Positions 10,364 through 23,910 of a stretch of 64,000 nucleotides of DNA are shown in pieces. Numbering within the stretch: the first letter of the stretch is position 1; every line of letters begins with the position of its first letter. Source of the DNA: Diplonema japonicum (lineage: Eukaryota > Protista > Euglenozoa: Diplonemea). The notes beneath the pieces were generated by a model that saw nothing but the letters and a program-made list of their open reading frames with translations, was not told the DNA's origin and searched no databases. The translations under genes were made by a program, and so were the position numbers. The DNA lies in assembly GCA_964019335.1 (NCBI GenBank), contig OZ025745.1, forward strand, positions 303,314-367,313, in the 5' to 3' direction.

Positions 10364-13300
10364 CCACACCTCCTTGTCGTCCAGCAAGAGGTACGTGTCA
10401 CCAGTCAGCAACAAAGCCCTGTGGTGCTGATGGAACCCGTTACGTAAACTAAACTTCAGCATGATCGCCTCGATCATGACCTTGGTACGGACCTGCATTA
10501 ATTTTCCCTTTTTCTTTTTTTTCCTTTTTTTTTTTGTTCGCAACACACACCTGCAGGGGTTCTTCTAGTGCGTCAATGATCTTAATGTACGCAGGAGGGA
10601 GGCCATCAGGTTTCACGGGTTCTTCCCAGTCCGGCCTCATTGGAGGTTTTGCGGTCCTGTCTTGCCCAAGCTTCAGTGCCTGTAAGTGCGTTGGCGCGTT
10701 GATGATGGCGGTACGGAGTTCGGACGGTGGGAACTTGTGAGCCTGATAGTAATGTTCGGTGCTGTTGAACTTCTCGTTGTCGAGCAGCATTGCGGGCACC
10801 ACGGCCGATGAAGGCGCCAGTGACATCCACTTGTAACTATAGAAGTGTGTGACGGCAGAAAGCCTAACCACTTCCCCGCAGTCGCAAGTCACGCTGGTAT
10901 TCGAAACACCCTTAACTAGCTTCTGGCACGCTTCGCAGAACGTCTTGACCTCCAACGCAGGCTGCAAGTGCTGCCATATCATCTCAGGATAGCCTTCCAC
11001 GATCACCTGCACCACGCCAGAAATTGGTGACACAGTGGTCACGACACCCTGGTGCCAGTTTTCATTCGGGCTGTTGCGCACAAGAACGTGCTCGCCCTTG
11101 GCCACGATTGTTTCGTTCGAGCGTAGCGAGATCTGCACCATCAGGACAGCAATCGCCGCTGCCACAAAAGGCTCAGAGATGATCTGGATCCTCAGCTCTC
11201 TCCTCATGAGCATCAAGAGCTTTCCGTAGATGTTCTCGCCTTCCAGCACGCCTTCGTCGTTGGCCTTCAGACTCCAGTGTCTATCGAACATCACCTCACC
11301 CTGGTCCACAGCGAGCAGCAGTTTCTCCCCTGTTGACAGGAGCTGCTCGTGATGGCGGTTGACCCCGTGGTGTAGCGTGAACTTCGCCCTGATACCCATC
11401 ATCATGTACTCATCTCTGATGGCATCCCAGTTGGGGGCAATGGGTGGTCCGGACCTTGACTGTCCTAGCTGTGTTGCCTTGGCGGCGGTACGTGCTTCGA
11501 TGATACGGCGTTTGTACTCTAACCTCTCCTCCCTTCGATCGTCTTTGATATCGGGGTACTTACTGCTCTGGTAGTAATGGTCAGTAGTGGGGTACTCCGT
11601 GCCGCCGACGACGAACGGGACGTAAGATGACGAGGGCAGCAGTCCAAGGCGCCCGTAGTGGCTTTCAAGAACGAGCTCTTCGGCTTTTTTCCAGCAGTTC
11701 ACGGGGATTTCTACCACCACCTGCGTGTACTTGTGCCTCACCAACGCCTTATACCCGACGTATACCGCAACCTTCGGCGACAGAAGAACGCCGGGCATTT
11801 CCTTGTCCCAGTCAGGCTCCCCGTCTTCGTCGAGTGCTTCAGTGTACACGATCTCTTCGTCCTGAATAACACATCCCCACCACGGCCATGGGGTCCCGAT
11901 GTACTCGTTGTGGATCAGCTTGGCTTTCTGCCACTGATTGGACACGAGGTGCGGGAACTTGTGCTGGATCTGCTGCCTGGTGCGATCGACGCCAGACCTA
12001 AACCAGATTTGCCTGATGCACCACTGGAGGCGGTTCTTGGCTCGCGTGTTGGTTTTCTGAAGGCAGTCCTCGTAGAGGAAGTTGGGGCACCTCATCATGC
12101 TCCTGATGGGGAACCACGACAAGCTGTGCTGTTTCTCCACCAGACTGCAGAACACGAGGACCTCTATCCTACCATTAACTTCGCGCTTGTCGACGACCCA
12201 CCCCTTGCGGGCTGTGTTGTAAGAGTTCTCAGACAGCAGAAGCTGTTTGATCAGTGAGGGATCAACGTTGGCGCCGAGGGGTCTTGTCAGGTTCCACTGC
12301 TCGGCGGTTTCCTTGAACTTTGGCAGCTTCGAGGCCCTGATGCAGCAGGCGTCGTTGAGGCCCAGGTCTGAGTCATCGCCGTCTGAGCTCATGACAGACA
12401 TATGGATTGTTCTGTTCTTGTTTAGGACCACGTTGCAGAAGGGGCTTTGTTCCTGTGCGATGCTTCCTGCTCGTTGTTCGCCGTCGATCATCACAAAGGA
12501 TAAGGGCTCTTCGACGCTGTCCGCTTCGTTGTGGTGCTTGTCACGTGTGGACATCGCCTGCAGGTCTGAGATGAACTTGATCTCCCAGAAGGTTCTCTTG
12601 TTGATGATTTGAGTGCTCTCCATCTCGTGCATCATGTGTTCCAGTGTGTGCCAATCGGGGAGCTTCATATCGCCGTATGCCTCGTTGCGCGACCTCAGCA
12701 CCAGGTGTTCCATGCGCTTCGCGGGACTGCCGAGCAGCTGGTTGTCGAAGAATGGCTTCAGCTTGTTCCTGATTGCACGCAGCATACGCTGCGAGTCAGC
12801 ATCAGTCAAGAGGCCCGCCTCAACGCAGTGCTCTGTTGATTCTGTCATCTGCACGACCAGCAGCCTGTGGATGAAGTCTTCGTGCACAGAGGCGATCATC
12901 CCCCTTGTGTCCGGAACCACTTCGGCAAGCCTTCTGATCACCTCGTCTGCCTTGGAGTAACACCATTTCAGATCATCTTCCTCCTCTTGCATGGTTTTAA
13001 CTTCGTCGCTGCCTTCGAGCAAGGCACCCCACATTTCTTGGATGTTGTTCCACGCCTGTTGGTGAGCAGCTTTGTAGAACATGAGGGCGTGCAAGGCGAG
13101 ACGCAGCTTGTGGTGCAAGTACGCTCTTGTCACAGAGTCTTCACCGAAGATCATCTCCAGCCCCTTGAATCCCACCGCTTGGATCCTTCCGACGATGTCT
13201 TTCCTTCCAGCCCAGTAGTCCACCACATCCTCGCTTTCATTTACAGGTTCCATTGCGAAGCCTAACGGGCCGCCCTTGCACAAACCGACAGCTTCCAGAA

Positions 13301-15563
13301 TCCTGGAGAATTCTGATTTCAGGTCGTACCTGCCGCGTACTTCCCATGCATAGCCTGTGCTCGAGACCCACAGGTGGTCTTCATCTTCCACGAACAAGGT
13401 TGCCTCTTCAAGGATGCCGTACACGTCCGGTCTGATGATACGCTTCTCACTCCACTGTTCGTAGTGATGCTGCACGCTGACGATGATGATCCTCCGCAGG
13501 TCTTCACGCACGTCGTGCAAAAGCGGGCGTTTGAGGAGCCGTTCCTCTTTGTCCTCCTCGAAGAGCTTCTGGAAACCAGACGGTTTGTGCTTTGAGAGGA
13601 TGTGGCTGAAGTCAGGGTACCAAAACAGCTTCTTTTTCTCAAGCCTTCCAAGCTTGCCGTGCGTGTCGACGGTGTCGGGGTGGTAGGGCTTGGCTGAGTC
13701 GATCGTACCATCAACGGTGGTGAATATGAGGAACTCAGTTGTCCTTGCGTCCTTCGACTTGATGTTAGGCTGCAGTGGGGGAGGCCACACGCCGCCTAGT
13801 TCCGGCATGTGTGTGAAGCATGATGTGAAGGATGTCTCGCTCACCTTTACGGCGCATGAAACCCGCTCCACCCTTCTGCCTGCGTTCTCTGGCTGGCTGT
13901 CGAACCACGTCACAACCATCCTTTTCATCCTTTCAACTTCCGTGTAGTTTGCCTCGGTTACTTTGCCGCCCGTGGCTTTGTGCGGTCTGTAGGTGGTCAG
14001 CTGTTCCACTTCGCGTTGGATGTCCTTCTGCACAAGATTCCCCCAGAAGTCCAACGACTTCATCTTGTCTGCAAGCGTGTCGCTGTTGCTCTCAACATAG
14101 TCAACAGAAAGCTTCAGCGTGGCGCTGTGTCCTTTTGTTGACTCGGCTAGCCCAAGCTTTGTGTAAAGGAAGCTAGCAGTTGTTCCGTTGATACCGATAG
14201 TCATGGCAACGAGGCCCGCTACCAGGAACTGGATCCTGGCACGGTCGATCTCCTCAATGCCCTCCTCGTGCGACACAAGCAGAGCAAGAACAAGCCCGAC
14301 GGCACCACGCAGACCCCCGTACCACAAGACTATACCTCGCGGGACAGACATCCCATAACCCAGTTTGCTGATTGCGGGCCACATCGTGATGATGGTGACC
14401 GCTCTGGTGACGTGCACGATGATGTAAAGCACGAGCAAGTACCCCCAATCGGTGAGCTCAATGTGCTCGTTGCTGACGAGGTTGTAGGTGAAGGCACCCG
14501 AGAGCACGAAGATAATGGTATTAGCTACGTGGCTGAGAAAGTGCCACACGTGATGGAGGTACTCGTGGATCTCCGGTGATATATTTTGCTTCCCGAAGGC
14601 CCCCATGTACACCCCGAGGAAGACCACCGTGAGGACACCTGAACTTTTAACCTCTTCATACTCGGCGGTCCAGAATGCCATATAAGCGGAAGTGACTGTT
14701 AGAGAGATCTCGACGGTGGGATCGTTGATGCAGAAGCGGAGGAGGAGAGTGTTGAATAGGTAACCGAAGAGGATGCCGAGGATAGGCCCGCCGACAGCCA
14801 TTTTCAAAGTTGTTTCTATTACGTCGGCGGCGTCGGTTTCCTTGCCTTTCGCGAAGTCTTGAAGGATGAGGAAGAGCACAAAGGCGGAACCATCGTTCAT
14901 AAGAGACTCGGCTTCAATGACGGTGGAGAGAGGCTTCGGGGCGTTGAGCTCAGTGAGCAGCGCAACCACTGCAACAGGATCGGTTGCACTGACCATCGCG
15001 CCAAACATGAAAGCCAATGTCCACGACCATTCATAATCAAACCACGCATGGCACAGCACTCCGGTCAGACCTGTTGCCACCATGACACCCGGTATGGCGA
15101 GAATCACAGCCTGTGGAAAGCACTTTGCGAAGACGTGGGGCGTCATCCCAAATGCACTCTCAAACAGCAACGGAGGCAGGAACACATGAAGGATAAGGTG
15201 CGGGTCCATGTTTGCCATCCCATTCGTGGCATGGCTGAGCGTATCTAAGTGATCATAGCTCGTAAGCGCACCCATTCCCATTCCAATTAGGAAGAGGACT
15301 ACGGTGTAAGGGGGTTTTGGGTAGTGTGATGGGAGGCGGTTTAGAATCAACTGCACCACCGCGCCGGTCAGCAACGTGAAGGAAATGAACAGAATAGGGT
15401 CGTTGGCATCCGCGACAGCATAGGTGACGACCCTCTCGTGCTCAACGGCGGACCCTTCCTCTGCACCGGTTGTCGCAACACTGCTCCCCTTCACGCCAGT
15501 GATGCACCACGTTGCACACACGCAGAGCCACGTGGCCGTGTTTCGTGCTATGATACTCCCCAT
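9941..15563 (-). CDS. CPA1-family Na+/H+ antiporter (SOS1/SLC9C-like membrane domain) with a long cytosolic tail containing two NADAR (YbiA-like) domains; 4 exons
   Basis: CPA1 motifs FLPPLLFESA, SATDPVAVV, IEAESLMNDG, SSGVL, GGLRGAVGL. NADAR motifs YPTTDHYYQSSKY...AKF...LLSTG...GENIYGKLLMLMR and FNSTEHYYQAHKF...LKF...LLLTGD...YWGTG...GLNMYGLLLMAAR. Introns 10493-10550, 10328-10369 and 10163-10228 restore the second NADAR in frame. ATG at 15563. Confidence 0.88.
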
Positions 15564-15679
15564 GTTTTTTTTTTTTTTTTTTTTTTTTGTTCTCCCCAAT
15601 TCTTTATTTTATTTTTTGTTTTTGTTCCCCCCCCCCCGAAGAAGAAGACAAAATAAATAAAAGGGAAAAGGGTAAGAGG

Positions 15680-15715
<36 letters not shown>

Positions 15716-16072
15716 ACTCACTACAACTCGTTACTGTGTTTGTACCTTCAGATGGTTGTATAATGTGTTCTTTATCCAACCAATACCATAGGGCTGTGAT
15801 TGGGGGGGTTTTTTTTTTCTTTTTTTTTTTTCCCCCTGTTTAATTTAATACCTCATAACCCTTTTTATCTTGGTTATACCGGAGCAGAGAAAAATCCTCA
15901 AATGAGTCTAAAAAGTTGAAGAGATCTGTGTGGTGTGTATGAAAGGGAGGACAGGGGGGAGAGGGTACCTGCCACGTCATAGGTAATATCGGCCGTGGAG
16001 GGACGGTCGTTTTTCAGCCTCATCTCGAACATGCGGCACATTCCTTGCATGCACAGTTCCTAAGTGGGGGAG

Positions 16073-16109
<37 letters not shown>

Positions 16110-16477
16110 CCATCCCTCTTTAACACACCAAAGATTCAAAATCGCTAAATGTCCGGGAGCTTAATTTGCTAGTAGGCTGGTACATCAGTATTGTGTGTGA
16201 CATTATTATTACTATTTTTTTTTTCCCTCTAAAATTCAAATTCTCTCTTTTTTTTCTTCTCTCTCCTCTTTTTTCCTCCCTTTTTTTTTCCCTCCTATTT
16301 TTTTTTTTTTTTTATTTGAAAGCGCAAAATTAAAAAAAAACAAATAAATAAAAAACCACCTTACAAAAAAAAAAAAAAAAAAAAAAAAAACTTCTTTTCT
16401 TCACCAGTAATGGTGAGTTTCTTCCACCCCCGTTCCCTTTCTTTTCTTTCTTTTCTTTTCTTATTATTTTTTTTTTT

Positions 16478-19400
16478 TTATCGCACTGGTGTGGGTGCCT
16501 TGGAGACCCACGGAAGAGGGGAGGGAGTACGGTGCATCAGCCTACCAAGCGCAACCTTCGAAGCCCGTTTTTTAATGTCCCTGATGGTTGCTGCATGGTA
16601 ATGGGTGTAAAGAGGAGGGTGCTGTGGAAGGCTGATATCAGGCAGAGGGGACCGAGGATGACCTGGTGATTTCAGAGGGCTCAAACAGTGTGTTTTCACA
16701 GGCACCCTGGGGAGGAATATCGAGACAACAGCACCACCTTTCTTGCTGTTGGTTGCAATTCGGTCTTGTAGTTCTGTCGTTTCCCGTAGAATTCTGTCCT
16801 TCCGCTCTTTCCGTTCTCGCAGCATGCGGCGCCTCGCCATCTCCACTTTGAGGTGTTCCTTGTCCCTTTTGTACGCGTCTCTCATCACCGCACCCTTCCA
16901 GTGGCTTTGGATCACGATTGCCGCCCCTTCTCGCAAGCATCTTTCTTCTTCTTCGTTGCCCGTGTGTCGGAGGTACTCTTTTTGGATGGTCTTCGCCTTC
17001 TGGTCCTTTTCCCTTCTTGTGTCCCGCCACCCTTTGGTCGTGTCCTGCCTTGTCTGGTGTCCCCTTACGTTCTTCTGGATCACCACCGCCGCTTTTTGCC
17101 GTCGCATCCTTTTTTTAAAAATTTTTTTTCTTAATTATTTGTTGCAACACACCAACGTCGCGACCCGTGCCCCTTGTGGCACGCCTGGATACGACGGCAA
17201 GCCACCTGTTCCCTGTCGTACTCGTATTGCAGGGTCACGATGTCCGTTTCCTTCTTTGTGTACACACTGTGATGGGTGGTATTTCTTCTTTTTTTTTTTT
17301 CTGTTGTGGTATACTTCTTTCTTGCGGAGAGGGCCGATTGTGTCTCCGTTCTTGAAGCATGTCCCCTGTACACTCTTTGTATCTCGCGTGCTGCGGTGGC
17401 TTCGTCGATTTTTTTGTCGGGCTCTACTTTGCGCAGGAGGAGCATGGCTTTCCTTGCCCTGTGGCCCAAGGCCGTCCTGTGCAGCACCTCGGTGGCGTGC
17501 CTCATCCTTTCCTGCAGTGCGGCAACGCTGCCCCTGCCTGCTCTCCCACGCTGCACGGCTTGAAGTTTTGTTGCTGCCGTGTGATGTCTTTGTGACTGCA
17601 CCGCAACCCGTGCTGTGTGCCCCTTCCCTACACGCTGCACTGTAATCACATTCTCCACTTCAGGCTCCGCTTTGAGTTCTTTTTCCACCGGGGATTCTTC
17701 TACCACTGGCGGCTCTTCAGGCTCGGGTTCCATCTTTTGTGGCTCCTCTTCCTTCATTGGGGGCTCTTCCTCTTCGGGTTCGGGTTCGGGTTCTGTGCTG
17801 GGTGGCTCTTCTTTAACTTGTGGGGGTTCCATTTCCTCCTTGGGTGGCTCTTCTTGAACGGTCACTTCCTCCTTCGGCGGTTCTACCACAGGCGGTGATT
17901 CTATTTCTTTTGGTTCCTCTTCTTCCGGCTTGTTAACTTCGTGTTGCTCTTCTTCGGGTTGTACTGGCTCTTCTTCGGGTTGTGCTGGCTCTTCTTTAGG
18001 CTGTGCCGCTTCTTCTTTGGGTTTTGCCGGTTCTTCTTCGGGTTGTGGCTCTTCTTTAGGCTCTTCGAGTTTTGCTGGCTCTTCTTCGGGTTGTGCTGGT
18101 GCTGGTTCTTCTTCGAGTTTTGCCGGTTCTTCTTCGGGTTGTGCTGGTTCTTCTTCAGGTTGTACCGGCTCTTCTTCGAGTAGTGTTGGTTCTTCTTCGG
18201 GTTCTTCTACAAGTGGTATTGGTTCCTCTTCGGGTTTTTCCGGCTCTTCTTCAGGTTGTGCTGGTGTTGGCTCTTCTTCGAGTTTTGCTGGCTCTTCTTC
18301 GGGTTGTGCTGGCGCTGGCTCTTCTTCGGGTGATACAGCTTGAGGCTCATCATCAGGCTCTTCTTTAACTTCTTCTGTTTCCTTTTCTTCAAGGCCTTCT
18401 TGGACCTCTTCTTCTGGGGTTTCTTCTTCCTTTGCCTCTTCTTCGGCGTGTGTCTTCATACATTTCGCAGCAATCCTCCCCGCCATCCCCCTGCCTGTCT
18501 TTTGCAAGACAGCCGTGCTCCGTGCAATGGTTTCGCCAATCTTTTTTTGGGTTTCTTGTTGCAGAAGTAGTCTTGACGTGTAGCCACGGCCGCAGCGCTG
18601 GATTGTTGCGGCTTCACGCGCGCGTGCTTGGTGGGATGCGAGGCTGAGGGCAAGACGGGATGCGAGCCCTCGAGAGGCTTTGCACAGCAAGCTTGACGCT
18701 ATGAGGAGCTGCTGCGTGTGGGAAACTACTGAAACGACAGCTGCCACAGCACGGAAGCCATACTTCCTTTTGTTGACAGTTTTACGAGTTTGGTAACTGC
18801 GCACATAAGCTTGTATCTTGATGGATGCGAGGATACGCTTCCGTCCGTTGATGTTGGTGAGCGTGCGCTTTGCTGCAACAACATCAGGGTGTCCCTCGTC
18901 GAACAGCCGTTTACCCTCGTCGATGGACCTGAGGCATATGGGCAGGGCTTCTTGCACGTTCCCCAGCAAGAGTTCCACATTCGCCAATGAGGTCAGCGCG
19001 TTGACCAGGACGCTCTCGTCACCGCCAGCAGAGTTAAGCATCTCCATCGGCATTGTTACGATCCTTGTGAAGGACGCCTTGGCAAGCTCGCAGAGCGGTG
19101 CGAAGTCCTTCAACTTTGCGCCCCTCATCCTGGCTGCTTTCCGTGCTGTGTTGTACTCCAAACAGGCCAGGTTGTTCAACGCTGTGGCTGTGTAGATGTG
19201 ATTGTCACCATAGATTTTGCTGTAAATATCCACCGCCATGCGGAACTCCTCTGCCGCGCTGTCCATGTTGCCCAGGCTCATCTTTGCATGGCCCAGCTCT
19301 GTGGCTGCCACTGCTAGATCCTCAGAGGTATCGCCTTTCAACATTATGACAAGTTTCTTCGCCTCTTTGCTGAAAGGCAGTGCCGATTCATATTCCTCGA

Positions 19401-21000
19401 GAGCCTGATGTCCTTTTGACAGGCACTGCGTGATCAAGGCCCCCTCAGCGCATGACCAGCTCTCATGAAGGAACCCCTGAGCGAGGCAGTCACGCCATAG
19501 TTGATGCGCCTGCAACAGATGGGTTTTCACTTCGTTAAAGTGGTGGTCACCCTTCACGCTCAGGTATGTTGCGCTGTACGAACGGAGGGCCAGCAGCTTC
19601 TCTGTCAGCTCCCAGGGTCCGCTGCGGGTCCCGCTCACCATGTCCACCGCTTGCTTCAGATATTGCAACGCGTCGTGCTTGTCGAGAAGAGCAGATGTGC
19701 GGAGCAGGTCGGCGACGGTGAGCTGCATCTTGAGAAGGTCGGACATGAAGAACAGAACGTCTGCCTCATGCTGCAGCGCGTCGGCGGTATCGGGAGTGAG
19801 GTGCAGGACATGCGTGAGGGTGCCGGTGAGGGGGAGGAGCGCAGATTTATCGCTGCTCTGCCTGCTGTTCTCAACGCGCCGCTTGAGCATCTTAACATCT
19901 GTCGTATAACTAGGCCCCGTGAACCTCGGTGTGGTTGGGGTGAACGTGTCGGCAACCTTCCCAGAAGAGATGGTCGTGCCTAAAAGCTTGCAGAGCCTCT
20001 GGGCGATGGTGGTGTGCATGGTTTTCGTGGGTGTTTTGGTGAAGACCGAGGCAGACACGTCATAATACTTGCACAGCAGGGGAACGACAAGGTTTTCCCA
20101 GTCGCCAGGGGACAGTGCGTGGTGGAAGACCCTGTTCAACCCGTTGGCGGGGGCATCGCAACCGAGCGAGCTGCGTGCAACCTTCTTCATTACCTGCGAG
20201 ACAAGCTCCGCTGTGACCACGTCGCTGCCCTCAGCAGTGCAGAGACAGCCCATTCTACGGATGCTCACCCCATGCGATTTACAGCGATGCCGTACATTAC
20301 TCGGCGTAGTCAGTTCTGTGCTGTTCAAGACCTGCACTGCGGCCTCTGTGTAGAAGGTATTGTTCGGCTCAGACTCAGTAGGACTCAGGTGCTTGATAAG
20401 GTCTAACCGGGAGTCGGCGACAACAGGTACAGGGATGAAGATACTAGTCCCATCGAGGGCAAGGTAAGTATCACCAGCGGCCTCCGCAGCACCAAGTGAG
20501 TATGGCATTGTGTGTGGAGATCTGTACGGCCGTTTGGACGACTCGCGTGTGAGGGGGACAAGCAGCGTTGCGAGCACAACCCTCCCAGCGTATGAGAAGA
20601 CAGCGTGGACGAGCTGTTGGACTGAAGGGTCGCACGAGGCAGCCAACGAAACAATCTTATGAACAAGCGAAGGATACGAGGGCTCGGGGGACGTGAAGAA
20701 ACAGACACCGCCCTTCACGGCGGCATGCTCACCGACCGCCTTGTGGTCCCCGTTGCCCTCTTGCATGTCTAGATACAGGCTGACGGTGTTTTTCCGGAAA
20801 TTTTCAAAGGGTGTGGGTAAAGGGCCGTCCCCCAAGCCTTCACATGCTTGGAGAAAGGCCTTTAGCCATGTGCCATGGGTCTTCTCGATCTCTTCTTTGC
20901 TCGGCTGTTCTAGCAGCTTTGCCCACTCCTCAAGGCTCGGTTTCTCGAGATTTGTGTATGTAAATGCCATTGCGCCATCAGAAGTGTCGCTTCGCGTCAT
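16478..21000 (-). CDS. Large protein with CLU-central-like region, TPRs, multiple IQ motifs and an E/P-rich repeat region; 3 exons
   Basis: Kinesin-light-chain-type TPRs (YGDNHIYTATALNNLA; FDEGHPDV); IQ motifs (KIQAYVRSY, KLQAVQRG, EIQRVYRGH, VIQKNVRGH). Introns 17267-17314 and 17109-17152 join the two ORF-track entries. Confidence 0.8.
17650..18450 (-). repeat. Degenerate coding repeats (PEEEPAQ/PAKLEEE) in the E/P-rich region
   Basis: Repeated TCTTCTTCGGGTTGTGCTGG-like units on the plus strand; boundaries approximate. Confidence 0.85.
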
Positions 21001-22307
21001 AGTTGCACACCACTCGCCAGTTCCCCTTCCCCCCCCCCCCCTTTTTCTTTTTAAAGACGCCCCTTTGACTTAGCTGAGCTCTTCTTGTTCAGCTGCTTTG
21101 GGGAGCACAGGTGAACATAGTGGAGGTTTCCGTTTCCCTCACACGGCCGTAGAGCTGCAGAGAGGTTACGAATAATAATGAAGGGGACAATGCTAAATAT
21201 AAAAAAAAAGGAGCGCAAAAGAGGATCGTTGAAACACACCACACAAAAGAAAAAAGGGAAGGGGGGGCAAGGAGAGAATGAGAGCGAGAGGGGGTGAGGC
21301 AAACTCTTTTTTTAAAATTCTTATATTTAATTTATTTTTTATACATGGATGGGACATTCACGCACGTGTTTTTTTTTTTTTTTTTGCTAGATCGTGATCG
21401 AATGTGGGAACTTCACAGAAGTGTCGGGGGGGGGGGGGGGTCTCTTTTCTTCTTCTCCCCTCCCTCACTCCCCCTTTCCCTCTGTAGGAAGTACTTAAGA
21501 AGGCACCTGCTGTAGGAATAAAGAAATCACGCCAGAAAACATTTTTTTCTTCCCCTCGACACGCAAAATGAAATTCTTTTTTTTTTCCTCATTATTTTCG
21601 TTTTTTTTTTCTTTTTTTTCTCGTTCGCTTCTTTTTTTTTTCGTGACAAAAAAAAGGGGGGTGGGTTGCTAGGAGGGGGGCGTAGCACGCACAGTTCAAC
21701 CTATTAATGGACTACCACAGTGGCTTGTACTTTTCTTTTTCTCACTCCTGAAAGGCATGGGGAAGACTGAGATGATATCACCATCGATTTTTTTTTTTTT
21801 TTGGTTGCCGATCAAGAGCCTTTTTCTTTTTTTTTTTATATTTTTTTTTATTATTGCGAGAGTGGAATCATCGTAAAAAAAAAAATATACAAAACAATTG
21901 CACTGGGCCAACGCTATTTTTTTTTCTTCTTCTTATTCTATTAGAAAAGAGGAGCCCACATGTAAAGCAGGGATCTTTGTAGATTTTTCTTCTTAATTTC
22001 AAGGCCTATATATGTGGGTCTGTTAATGGTTTTCTTTTTTGTTAGAAAAAAAAAATAAAGAAAAGTTCAAAGGAACTATACTAGGGTTTTAAAAAATAAA
22101 AGGGGGGGGTGGTTTTATTAATTTTTTCTTGAAACCAAGAAATGCCCCCTCACGCACGCTACAAAAAGGGGGAGGAAAAAAAAAGTAGAAACCATGTGTG
22201 GATAATAAATAAAAGAAAGGTATCGCTACGTTCGCCAAAAAAGAAATGGCGCTTGGGACGTTGATAAAGTCACTCTGGAATAAAATATGTAAATGAAGGG
22301 GTGGGGA

Positions 22308-22360
22308 GGGGTCATATTAGCCTTAAAAACATCGATAAAGTCACTTTTTTTCAGTTTTGC

Positions 22361-22400
<40 letters not shown>

Positions 22401-22744
22401 TTTCTATGCGTTTTCGACCAGACAATCGTGTTCACAGGCCCAAGAAAATAGGTTTTTGTGTGGTTTAGGCGACTTTTTTTTTTTTTGGGACTTTATTGTG
22501 GCCAGAAAGCAAGCTTAGGTTTGCCCCTATGCCATCTTCACAGGCAAGGAAAAGAAAATCTTTTTTTTCCCCTCGATTTTGTCGTTTCAGGGTAAATAAA
22601 GTGCCAAACACCAGAGAAACCACTCAATCCGATGTTTTTTTTTTTTTTTTTTTTTAAACCCAGAAGGCTGTTAGACACATTCTTTTGGCAAAACTGAAAA
22701 AAAAAAAAAAAAAAAAAGCGACTTTATCGACCACGTATGACCCC
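22308..22744. mobile_element. Decayed non-autonomous TIR element (MITE-like)
   Basis: Outer inverted ends GGGGTCATA (22308-22316) and TATGACCCC (22736-22744). Subterminal inverted arms 22332-22365 and 22683-22730 match apart from homopolymer length and one substitution. Confidence 0.6.
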
Positions 22745-22864
22745 CCCCTGGGCTATGTTGGCAAAGAAACGCGTTTTCCAAGCTTTTTTTTCTTTTTTTT
22801 TTGAAAATCGGGAAACAGATACGGAAACGTTTTCTCTGTTTCTTGGCAACATAGCCCTGGGGGG
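22741..22864. repeat. Short imperfect inverted repeat (~25-bp arms)
   Basis: GGGCTATGTTGGCAAAGAAAC (to 22770) versus GTTTCTTGGCAACATAGCCC (from 22838), flanked by a C run and a G run. Confidence 0.6.
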
Positions 22865-23910
22865 GGGGGGGGGGGGGGGGGACTCAATATACCCGATAAT
22901 TGCTTGTAAACTCAGTAATTTAGGTATTGTAATGAATCGAATGGGGTAGGGCAAAAAATGAGCTTCACAGTCCCCCACCCCACGGAGTGGATGAAATTTC
23001 TGAAAAGCGGTTTTTTTTTTTTTGTTGAACCCTTTGCAGTCAAAACAAGGGGTAGCTTTTTTTTTTTTTTTCTTTTTTTTTTTCAACGCCAATCGGTTTA
23101 GCATAAAAAAAAAGAAAAGTTTCATTGTTTTCCCTTTGCCCCCCCCCCCCCCCCCCAATTCAACACAAGCTATGTACTTGCTTTAATCTACACACGAGTT
23201 TTTTTTTTTTTTTTCCCTTTGAAAAAAGGCCTTTGGTTAGAAATGAGAAAGCCTGGGGATTTTTTTCCCCCCCCCCCTCCATTCCGCAAACCCGAAGGAC
23301 TTGTTTGATTCCTTATGATAGTTCGATTTCTTTTTTTTTTCTTCCATTCTACTTTCGGAGAAAGAAAAAAAAAGGGGGGGGGGGAGAGAAAGCGCGTCCT
23401 GTCGTCACCGCATAATTTCCTACAATTTTGTGCCGTACCAGTGGAGGCATAACAAAACGGGGAAACAACAAAAGAAGAAGAAAAAAGGGGGGGGGGGGGA
23501 GAAACCAATTCTTGAACATTCCCCCCCCCCCTCTCCTATCTTGCGCTGAAGCGAGATAACAAAGTAACGCAAGAAAAAAAAATTCACTATGATAGGAACG
23601 AAGTGGTTAGCAACGGCCCGCCAAAAAAAAAAAAGAAAAAAAAACTTGGAGGGGAAGGCCACACATCCCCCACTCCTCACACAAGAAACTTTTTCAAAAA
23701 AAAAAAAGAAGAAAAATAAAAAAAAATAACGCGGAATAATAATAACAATAAATCTTAAGAAGGGTGGGGGGAGGGGGGGGGGGAGGGAATAATAAAAATA
23801 AAATTATAAAAAAAAAAAAAAAAGACTAACAAGGCACACGCAAACAGAAAGCTATGGCCCTATGGTAAGCAAAGAACACGAGACGTTTTTTTTTTTTTTT
23901 CTTTCCCCCC

